From Octopus sinensis (Eukaryota), in contig NC_043013.1 of assembly GCF_006345805.1 (NCBI RefSeq), positions 54,560,001-54,624,000 on the forward strand: a stretch of 64,000 bases of DNA, written 5' to 3'. Under the pieces are notes generated by a model. It saw nothing but the letters and a program-made list of their open reading frames with translations, made no database searches and was not told where the DNA came from. The translations under genes were made by a program, and so were the position numbers. This document shows positions 54,236 through 64,000 of the stretch, piece after piece (position 1 is the stretch's first letter; the number at the start of each line of letters is the position of its first letter).

Positions 54236-54237
<2 letters not shown>
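54089..54237 (+). mobile_element. 149-bp (TA)n-embedded hammerhead mini-element with 11-bp inverted ends
   Basis: ccggagtaaac ... gtttactccgg; pure (TA)n on both sides. Confidence 0.8.
54099..54136 (+). ncRNA. Minimal 38-nt type I hammerhead ribozyme, GUA cleavage after 54132
   Basis: CUGU-CUGAUGA-A-CG-GCAA-CG-A-GAAACUC-A-GAGUA^ACAG. Confidence 0.8.
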
Positions 54238-54272
<35 letters not shown>

Positions 54273-54276
<4 letters not shown>

Positions 54277-54426
54277 TTACAGATATAGGGTAAAGAATTA
54301 TTAATTTAATAATTAATAAATTTTACCAAGTAGCTTCAGTATGGAAAAAACCACTATCAGTAAAAACTTATGCAAAAAGTTTTTTATAATTATAAATATA
54401 AACCCTCAACTATATATGCTAAACTC

Positions 54427-54432
<6 letters not shown>
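54273..54432 (-). mobile_element. Family A terminal segment
   Basis: atcattacagatatagg ... accaagtag ... gtatggaaaa ... gtaaaaactta matches the reverse complement of 26383-26491. Confidence 0.75.
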
Positions 54433-54472
<40 letters not shown>

Positions 54473-54630
54473 TTGAATAATGAGAAAAATAATTTCCCAA
54501 TCAATCAGGTACACACCCTTTAGCATTACATGCATCTGTGTATCGTACAGTGGGGTCTTGATTATAAAATATTTATATATATTTTCATATTTTTATATAT
54601 ATATTATATATTTTGTATTTCTAGATAATA

Positions 54631-54710
<80 letters not shown>

Positions 54711-54747
54711 GAGACATATATATATATATCTACATACATACACATAT

Positions 54748-54893
54748 GGGCTTACCCACAGTTTCCACCTAGCAAATTCACTCAAAAAGTATTTATCATC
54801 CTGGGGCTGTTATAGAAGACATTTGAAGTGCAGCAAAGTGAGTTTGAACCTGAAACCAAATGGTTGCAAAGTAACCATACCGTTATTCCTGTA
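54748..54893 (-). mobile_element. Degenerate SINE family 1 head
   Basis: cagtttccacctagcaaattcactca ... tagaagaca ... tgaacctgaaacca. Confidence 0.6.
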
Positions 54894-55734
54894 CCAATAT
54901 ATTGTTTTTTTTAACTAAAGATCCAAATTTGTTGCCATCAAAGAATTCCAAATTCAATTATTTTTGCTTTCTTGAAGTTTCAAACGTTCTTATTGTGTGA
55001 TTACATTAACAGACTTAAGCAATAGTTCATATAGATTTCATAGCAACGGTGTGGTTGGTGTTGCGTCCATAATTGGTAGCAAGTTGTTGTTGTTTACACC
55101 CAGGCATGTCACAACTGAGCATGCTTATGACTGTGACCAAATGCATTTCAGCAATGACCACCGTCTTTCCAGTCTTCAGGGACTACACTGTCCAATGTGT
55201 CCTTCTTTAGTTATTTACTGTAGCAGTAGAGGGATTTGCATGTTATTTCTAGCAGGTTGAATGACTATTATAGAGAATCCCTTTTTGGCTCATCTCGTTA
55301 TCAGATTAATGCCTCTTTAAAAAACCTATTTTGTCTGTTTTTTCTTTGTTGTGCTCATTTTATCACTAATCACTTGTGTTAACGAACAAACTCTGTTTAA
55401 ATGATGGTACAAAAAATATTTTAATGAGGGGAATGAATCTCAGGTGTTCAAATGAAAATTAAATTATAAACCAAATATTTTAGTGGAATCAGTCTTCAAA
55501 GTACGGTCATATTAAATTCTGCAAATTGCAAGGGAAAATTCCAAGAGGTTTTAATAATGATGTGAACTGAACTTGGTGATGCCTCCAAACTCCATCGATG
55601 GCACACACAGAATCTTTCCTCAAATTCTTACCACCTGTTTGCTTCACAAGATCCTCCTCTCAACAAAACGGTTCCCTCGTCAGCATTCTTTCAGTTGCTT
55701 GTACTTAGGCTTCATATAAAGGCTAAAATTGTGG

Positions 55735-55950
55735 AGGTCCATGGCATAGTGTTGGACTCATGATCATAAGATTGTGGTTTCGATTCCAAGACTGGGTGAT
55801 GTTTTGTGTTCTTGAGTAAAACACTTCATGTTGTTCCAGTCCACTCAGCTGATAAAAAAAAATGAGTAATCCTTCAATGGATCAGTGTCTCATCCAGGGA
55901 GGAATATTCATGCACCAGAGACACCATGAAACTGGTCTCATACTCCTTAC
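55735..55950 (+). mobile_element. SINE, family 3
   Basis: ggtttcgattcc B-box, cttgagtaaaacact, gttccagtccactcagctg. Confidence 0.65.
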
Positions 55951-56529
55951 GGAAGAATGTGGACTAACCATAAAAGTTAACATTACTTATCCAGTGGATA
56001 ATGCCGGCCTCAGATTTCACCAACCTTCACAAATATTTCCCATTCAGCATCCATGTCTCCATACCTTTGCAATATCACATTTAAATATTCATCATATAAA
56101 CTATTGTTTTTTTTTGTTTTGTTTTTTATCATTCATGGAAACAGAAATTCTTTCATCTCTTTCTTAGTTAACATTCGGTCCCCACCTCCAGTCACCTCCC
56201 ACATATCAACAACTCTCAACTGAATCCCCTTAACCATCAAACTATTCCAGGGACTGTATTTCACAAGAGCTTCCTTCTCCTGATTAATTCCTACCAAATT
56301 TACCTCAATCTGTTTTGATACGAGTCATTCAGAAACCACCTTTGATTGCATCAAATTTCCTGTTGTTCAAGAGTCTACATTTAACACACTCTGCTGTAAT
56401 ATTATGTCAGACTAGTTCGGTAAAGTTCTGCTCTGAACACCAGTTTGATATAGAAATATATTCCCCTAAATCTTTAAAAATGTTTTGATAATTTCAAAAA
56501 TTAATTGAAAGACATAAATCAATAAATAT

Positions 56530-57088
56530 TCTTTTCTATTCTAGGCACAAGGCCCGAAATTTTGGGGGAGTCGATTAGATCGACCCCAGTATGCAACCAG
56601 TACTTAATCTATCAACTCTGAAAGGATGAAAGGCAAAGTTGACCTCAGTGGAATTTGAACTCAGACAAAATACCTATTTCTTTACTACCCACAAGGGGCT
56701 AAATATAGAGTGGACAAACAAGGACAGACAAACGGATTAAGTCAATTACATCAACCCCAGTGCGTAACTGGTACTTAATTTATCGATCCTAAAAGGATGA
56801 AAGGCAAAGTCGACCTTGGTGGAATTTGAACTCACAATGTAACGGCAGACAAAATACCTATTTCTTTATTACCCACAAGGGGCTAAACACAGAGGGGACA
56901 AACAAGGACAGACATAGGTATTAAGACGATTACATCGACCCCAGTGCGTAACTGGTACTTAATTTATCGACCCCAAAAGGATGAAAGGAAAAGTCGACCT
57001 CGGCGGAATTCGAACTCACAACGTAACGCAGACGAAATACCGCTAAGCATTTCGCCCGGCGTGCTAACGTTCCTGCCAGCTTGCCGCC
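56530..57088 (-). mobile_element. SINE family 2 with a tandemly triplicated B-box/central module
   Basis: One head at 57030-57088 plus three 170-185 bp modules containing aaaggatgaaagg.aaagt.gacct...gaatt.gaactca. Confidence 0.85.
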
Positions 57089-57620
57089 TTTATGAATCAA
57101 TAAATATTGTTAGAAACATGGTCACGAAATGGATAAGGTCAATGACTATAGATATGACAGTGATGTTGACGGATTCTTTAGAATTTTAGTTCTATGAGAA
57201 GAGGAACCATTGTCAGACCGGTGCCATAAAGGCAAATACATGCAACAAGAAATAGAATGTAATTAAAACACAGACCCTCACAAAATTAACTTTTGCAATG
57301 TGTGTAAATATAGTGGATATGACTGTAGGGTTATTACATTCCCCTACTCTAAAGAAATTTACAAAACAGATAACAATCTTTAGCATTTTGAATTTCCTTA
57401 GAAGAAATCCTAACTGTTAGTTCATCTGAGCCAAAGGTTTGAAGTTATTTTAGCATCAAACTTCCATGTCAAATTGATTAGCTGCAAATTTGGAGGAATT
57501 TCAGATATAAAAAGATAACAGAAACAGAAAGAAACGAGGAAATTAAAGAAAAAAAGAAAGCATGAAAAACAGTAGAAGTTGATTAAAAATCAAAGTGTAA
57601 GAAGATAATATCAAACTTAC

Positions 57621-57754
57621 TTGGTTCGTGCAGGTGATGTGCACAAAAGTAGCTTTTCTAAGTCTGTACGTCATCGCTTCTGAAAAGTTCATTGTAAAGG
57701 CAAGCGGCTCCTAATTGCTATATCACTGAAGCCCTCACTTGCTCCATCACCAAT
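57621..57754 (-). CDS. Candidate 134-bp exon containing a start codon at 57692 (MNFSEAMTYRLRKATFVHITCTNQ)
   Basis: ttattttctgtttttatcag acceptor, CAA|gtaagt consensus donor, phase-0 end, locally raised GC/CpG. Confidence 0.45.
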
Positions 57755-58452
57755 CTGATAAAAACAGAAAATAAATGAGATTTAAGTAAAAATGAAATGA
57801 TGTAGGCATGATAGAGAAGATTGCAATAAATACTGACATTGAAATTATTAAAAAGGAGTGCATTTTCCTTCCACAATTTTCTATATATATCTGAATATGT
57901 ATGCGAGTATAATACTTCAGAAATAACTATATATTTATATTTGCTATATACACACCTATACAAATATACACACACACATTTGTAATGAGATATATTTCCA
58001 ATTCATCATTATATGTCTGTATGTGTGTGCAGTTGAAATATATAACTCAGTTGGGAAATCTTGTTAATTTGAAAATATATTTTAATGAAACAAACCCAGT
58101 ACAGAGCTGAGGTGACTTATACTTTAAAACTGCCTTCACGTGAAATTGTTCCACAAAACAATTCTTTGCACTGTTTGACGGCAAACAGTGGAGGGGAAAA
58201 TACAGGGATCCTACAACCTTAAAATATAGTCATCTCTAAATTATATTACTGGGACCAAAAGTAAAATGTGATGATTATATATACACACACAAACACATAC
58301 ATGCATATTATCTCTCACTCAATTTTTCTCACTATATATATATATATATTATATATATATATATAAACATATACATACATACTTGCACATTATATCACTC
58401 CCACTTTATATATATAAACATACACACACACACATATATATATATACACACA

Positions 58453-58663
58453 TGCAGGTGGCACGCTGTGCAGGTGGCACGTAAAAAGCACCCACTACAC
58501 TCACGGAGTGGTTGGCGTTAGGAAGGGCATCCAGCTGTAGAAACATTGCCAGATTAGACTGGAGCCTGGTGCAGCCTTCTGGCTTCCCAGAACCCCGGTC
58601 GAACCGTCCAACCCATGCTAGCATGGAGAACGGACGTTAAACGACGATGATGATGATGATGAT
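58453..58663 (+). mobile_element. RTE-type 3' tail element
   Basis: Nearly identical to 62452-62632. Confidence 0.9.
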
Positions 58664-58733
58664 ACACACATATATATAATTATAAATAATGAGGGAAATA
58701 TTAGTTGAATCCATATATCGTTACTTAAATATA

Positions 58734-58865
58734 TCATCATCATCATTTAACATCCATTTTTCATGCTATAATGGGCTGGACAGTTAGGCAGAAGCTGGTC
58801 AACCAGGGAGCTGTCCAAACTCTAATTTGTTGTGGCATTCTTTCTACAGCTGGATGCCCTTCCTA

Positions 58866-58870
<5 letters not shown>
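58734..58870 (-). mobile_element. Degenerate RTE-type tail
   Basis: (cat)n ttaacatcc ... tctacagctggatgcccttcctaatgcca. Confidence 0.75.
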
Positions 58871-58902
<32 letters not shown>

Positions 58903-58905
<3 letters not shown>

Positions 58906-59133
58906 CAGAGCCATGGCAGAAACATTAGCACGCTGGACGAAATGTATAGCAGTATTTCGTCTGCCGCTATGTTCTCAGTTCAAATTCTGCTGACGTCGAC
59001 TTTGCCTTTCATCCTTTCGGGGTCGATTAAATAAATACCAGTTATGCACTGGAGTCGATATAATCGACTTAATCTGTTTATCTGTCCTTGTTTGTCCTCT
59101 CTGTGTGTAGCCCCTTGTGGGCAGTAAAGAAAC
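58903..59133 (+). mobile_element. SINE, family 2, monomer
   Basis: ggcagaaacattagcacgc ... gttcaaattc ... gcctttcatcctttcggggtcga ... ccccttgtgggcagtaaagaa. Confidence 0.88.
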
Positions 59134-59134
59134 A

Positions 59135-59269
59135 AGAAGCTTGCTTCCCAATCACATGGTTCCGGGTTCAGTCCTGTGGCACCTTAGGCAAGTGTCTTCT
59201 ACTATAGCTGTGGGCAAACCAAAGCCTTGTGAGTAGATTTGATCGACAGAAACTGAAAGAAGCCCATTG

Positions 59270-59312
<43 letters not shown>

Positions 59313-59530
59313 TATATATATGTCTTTGTGTCTGTGTTTGTCCTCCAGCTATTGTTGGACAACTGGTATTAGTGTGTTTACGTCCCTGTAACTTAGCAGT
59401 TCGGTAAAAGAGACCGATAGAATAAGTGCTAGGCTTATAAAGAATACGTCCTGGAGTTGATTCATTTAACTAAAGGCAGTGCTCCAGCATGACCACAGCC
59501 AAATGACTGAAACAAGTAAATGAATAAAAT
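59135..59530 (+). mobile_element. SINE, family 1
   Basis: Colinear with 50406-50778; the first bases of the head are missing. Confidence 0.88.
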
Positions 59531-59734
59531 AATATACTTACATACACGTGTATGTATGCATGTATGTATACACAAACAAACGTGCATATATATATAAATA
59601 GATCGTGAGAATGCACTGTATCCACACTCAGAGACTTCTAAACTGCATACCATGTGCATATTAATTGCAAACTAATTTCTTCTGTCCTCTATTTGAAAAC
59701 TCAAGTATATCTAGGTGTTACATAGCCCAGTGCA

Positions 59735-59860
59735 TCAACCACATGGTTCCAGGTTCAGTCGTATTGCATGGAACCTTGGGCAAGTGTCTTCTATTATATC
59801 CTCAGGCCAATCAAAGCCTTGTGAGTGGATTTGGTAGATGAAACTGAAAGAAGCCCATCG

Positions 59861-59902
<42 letters not shown>

Positions 59903-60012
59903 TGTGTGTCTGTGTTTGTCACCCCAACATCGCTTGACAACCAATGCTGGTGTGTTTACATCGTAACTTAGCAGTTCAGCAAAAGAGACCGATAGAATAA
60001 GTATTAGCCTTG
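59735..60012 (+). mobile_element. SINE, family 1, truncated at both ends
   Basis: caaccacatggttccaggttcagtc ... gagaccgatagaataagta. Confidence 0.85.
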
Positions 60013-61721
60013 CTTGTTCTTTATTAGTACTTTATACCTCTGAAATTCCAGTTGTCGCTATGGAGATTTCAATCATATTCAATATAGGAGAAGTAATAAA
60101 TGTTTAAAAATACAAAAAAAAAAGATGGAGAATACATGCACAGAATAATCAATTTCTAATCATTATCAAGTCAAATTTATAAGATCATTCACATTGCCTA
60201 CGCTGCATTTCAGTTAATTGCTCTCGACCACATTTACTCTTTTACAGTGCATTATGAAGTTGAAAAAAGGGAAAAGGCCTCCTCAGGGCATGATTGACTG
60301 TTATATATATATATATATATACACACATAAGCAAAGACACGCCTAACACACATATAAACATCCATACCACACATGTGTAAGACCAATTCTTGGAAAGACT
60401 TAAAACAGACCCTGAGGAGACAGGGCAATCATTGAAAAGGTCATAAATAGTGATGAAATGACCTTGACAGATAAACAACTGATTAATTGCTTAACCAACA
60501 AATTATACAAATGTTCATTAAGTTAGTTGGTTAGATATTTAACAAATTATCTAACAATAAAGAAGTAATATTTAATTAGTGCATGTGTTATTATTATAAT
60601 GACTCACCCAAGATACAACAAGATATATATATATATATATATGTAGACACACACACACATAGTGTAACAAGTTTATATACGCCAGTAGAAACTTCCACCA
60701 ATTTGCAGAAAGGAAACATTCTCCAGTCCTTGTTGGATAATGGATGAAAAGTTTCACAAAATTCCCCAAAGACAATAAAATGAATTTGTAGTTTCTATTT
60801 TGATCATAAACTTGTTATTTAACCCTTGGACATATCTAAACAACTGATCAACTAGTAGTGACTATCCTTCCTATTTTGTTTACCTATTTATCTATTTCTT
60901 TAATTATTTATTAATTATTGACTGTGCATTTTACCTGATATCATCCAATCTTTTCTTATTTTTGTAAGGCATTATCTATGAAAGATTTGTCTTCTATTTC
61001 TAGCAAGTTCAATAACCTTTCCTCTTGTTGGCTCTTATCTCTCATTGGCTCACTTATGAAGTTAATTCAAAAGATGGTTCACAGAACAAATAACCCAAGT
61101 GAAAAAACATCTACATCTCTTTCCTGGCAAATTTGAATTGATTTGGATTGCGATGTCCAATAGCCAGTATATGGAATCTCTTTGATTGGTGATGAAGAGA
61201 AATCCAGAGAGACCATTTTCGCAAAGAGAAGTTATTCCAGTGTAGTCAAGAACAACAATGAAACTACTTGGCATGTTAACAGCAAGCCACAAGCAACAGT
61301 TTTTATGGCGTTCAGCCATTTATCCAGGGTTCCATAAATAAAGCTATTTTGTTGGAATAAATCTGTTATAATGGGGTTTCCTTTCTAACAGGGAAAGTGA
61401 ATCAAGTGTGAATTCCTCCCTGGATGTGATTTGCTTCTTTAAGGAAGCAATGTTTAAATTTGAGGAGACTTTTAAACCCTCCAAAGCACACATTTGTAGC
61501 TTTCTCATATGGTACCTCATAGCACTTCGATGATTATTAAGTAACTCTAAGCTGAATGGTTATTTGGTATTTATTTATACATATTTTTATAAAAATCAAT
61601 ATATAATATGTATATAAATGTGTTTATACATATACACATATATGGATGTACATCTATACATATGTGTGCATCTATATATACATATGTGTGTGTATATATA
61701 TATATATATTACATATATATG

Positions 61722-61752
<31 letters not shown>

Positions 61753-62049
61753 ATATGAGTCTATATACATATATATACACACACACATATATGCATATGT
61801 ATATATGCATATATATATATGTATGTATGTATACATACATATGCATGTATATAAAATAATATATATACATATATATGTATGCATATATACACATTTGTAT
61901 ATATATGTATGTATATATAAGCAATTTATTCAATGATAAGAACTGTTGATGTGGGCAGGGGACAAGATATGTTTAGGGGTGGGTATGACATTTTGTTTAT
62001 TTCTTATATACTTACATAAACACACACACATACACATGTTTGCATACAT

Positions 62050-62280
62050 CTGTTGGTGTGTTTACATTCCTGTAACTTAGTGGTTTCGTAGGAGAGACCG
62101 ATAGAATAAGCCCCATGCTGAAGTACTGCCTTTTAGTTGAAGAAATCAAACCCTGGACTTATTCTTTGTAAGCCTGGTGCTTATTCTATTGGTCTCACCT
62201 GCCAAACCACTAAGTTACAGAGTTACAGGGATGTAAACACACCAACATCGATGGTGGTGGGGACAAACAGACACACACAC
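62050..62280. mobile_element. Two SINE family 1 fragments in opposite orientation
   Basis: 62050-62112 on plus, 62120-62280 on minus. Confidence 0.7.
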
Positions 62281-62398
62281 ATACATGTATGTATATATAC
62301 ATATATATATATAGATGTGTATATAGGCATATATATTACATATAAATATATACATATATATAGATGTGTATATACATATATATTACATAAATATATAC

Positions 62399-62434
<36 letters not shown>

Positions 62435-62451
62435 ATATATATGTATATATA

Positions 62452-62632
62452 TAAAAAGCACCCACTACACTCACGGAGTGGTTGGCATTAGGAAGGGCAT
62501 CCAGCTGTAGAAACACTGCCAGATCAGACTGGAGCCTGGTACAGCCTTCTGGCTTCCCAGACCCCAGTCGAACTGTCCAACCCATGCTAGCATGGAAAAC
62601 GGACGTTAAACGATGATGATGATGATGATGAT
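62452..62632 (+). mobile_element. RTE-type 3' tail element
   Basis: taaaaagcacccactacactcacggagtggttggc ... ggacgttaaac(gat)n. Confidence 0.9.
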
Positions 62633-63902
62633 ATGTGTGTGTGTGTGTGTGAAGATAATAAATAAATTTCACAGATTTTATGAGTGGCTGGAAGTAAGTC
62701 TTTCACATAAGTTACCTGTTAAGCAGCACCCTAAAATGCACCAATTCTATAGATTGCTGAACAAAAATTAGTTCAAGTTTGATCAAATTCAGTCTCAGCT
62801 AAATTTAGAGCCATGGTTGCCAGTTTTATCTCCTCTTGAATGGGCAGAATGTCACTGAAACTTGTATAATATCATCCACCCTGCAACTGCTCTCAGTTAC
62901 TTCATGTTATCACAGATTGAGCTACACACTGGCAAAACAATTTGGCACAATTTTCAATGATTGGTTCGTCTTTTGAATTTCTTTCTTTTTTTTCAGACAA
63001 ATATTGATCTAAGCAACCGATAGATTCTCGATTTTTCAGGTAGTTACACTTTAGACATTTTAGACAACTAATTTTTTTTTATTTGTTTTGCTATCTTTTC
63101 ATTACATCATCTTTTCTCTTCATGTCTCTACCCTGCCTTCCTCTCTCCTCCTTGTCTTCTTCTTTTCCTACAGAAATAAATTAGAGATGAACCAAATGCA
63201 AATCGTATTTCATTAAAATTACTTAAAGGAAATGATTTTGAAATATTGATCTGATTAAAGTCATCTTTCTCAGAATGGTATCTTTTGTCCAAATTCTACT
63301 CAACTTTCTTTGAAAAATTAACTAACTTCATAATTGCGATTTGGAATTTCTTTCAATGTTTTCCTTTCCTTATTTATTTTTTCATTTGTATGTTTATATT
63401 TCTATCCTTTTCTTTTTATTTTGTTATCATTTAATCATTAATAAAACATGCAATTTACAATGTATACAAACATGTGAATGTGTGTGTGTGTATATGTGAG
63501 TGTATATGAAATAAACAAAATTACATACCCACCAGTGAACATATCCTGCCCCCTGCCCACCCCCAACAGTTCTTAGCAATGAATAAATTGGAAAGAACAA
63601 TGACCAACAGCAAGAAACTGTCAGTGGCTGTCTCCGCTAGACACAACCTTTCATCTGACATTATGAGAAGGAATTGGGGCTTAGGGTGGAGGAATATTGA
63701 AATAAATTCTAATTATGGTAATTAAAATTAGTTTTAGGAATGGTTTAAACCAGAAGCTCCCACCCTTTTCACTACCAAGGACTCCTTTTATTTAAGTGAG
63801 CTTTCTCACAGACCCCTTTTAATATGCTTATCCTTAATTCTTATTTCATTGTTTTGAATTAATCATGCATCATCTCATAGCTTTGAGATTTCAATAATGT
63901 GG

Positions 63903-64000
63903 TTATTACCTCTGCCTTAGTGAAGGCGGAGGTATTGTTTTCAGTCGTGTTTGTTTGTCCATAGGCAAGATGTCTCAAGAACCACTTCCTTTCTTTGTAA
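63903..64000 (+). mobile_element. Helentron/HINE-like element end inserted in a P2 MITE fragment
   Basis: ttattacctctgcctt-agtg-aaggcggaggta hairpin followed by ttttc, gtttgtttgtcc and gcaagat.tctcaa; preceded by P2-like sequence at 63830-63902. Confidence 0.55.

Noticed and set aside
56530-57088. Regularly spaced repeats suggestive of a CRISPR array
   Set aside because: The whole 170-185 bp unit repeats with no unique spacers, the context is eukaryotic, and there are no cas genes.
62997-63260. Strong splice acceptors before 62997 and 63174
   Set aside because: All frames hit stops quickly and donors are weak, so they cannot be supported as coding exons.

Overview
This is eukaryotic, very AT-rich, microsatellite-saturated non-coding DNA. 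The SINE families and (TA)n/(CA)n density point to a coleoid cephalopod, most likely Octopus (recognised by eye, not by search). No intact protein-coding gene is visible, and most ORFs in the supplied track are microsatellite or SINE artefacts. The window holds at least three tRNA-headed SINE families, RTE-clade LINE 3' ends, a duplicated restriction-like-endonuclease (R4/Dong-type) LINE tail, TTAA-flanked piggyBac-type MITEs, a Helitron-like and a Helentron-like element, two near-identical tandem duplications and a few weak candidate exons. The main finding is a set of short (150-540 bp) non-coding elements embedded in (TA)n tracts. Four carry a foldable type I hammerhead ribozyme (6318-6380, 18615-18700, 35769-35827 plus its mirror copy, 54099-54136) together with an asymmetric, near-perfect inverted duplication. 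This architecture matches Penelope-like-element pseudo-LTR derivatives or retrozyme-like non-autonomous retroelements. In three of the four, an inversion boundary falls at the ribozyme. All folding and alignment was done by eye, so repeat boundaries are approximate.
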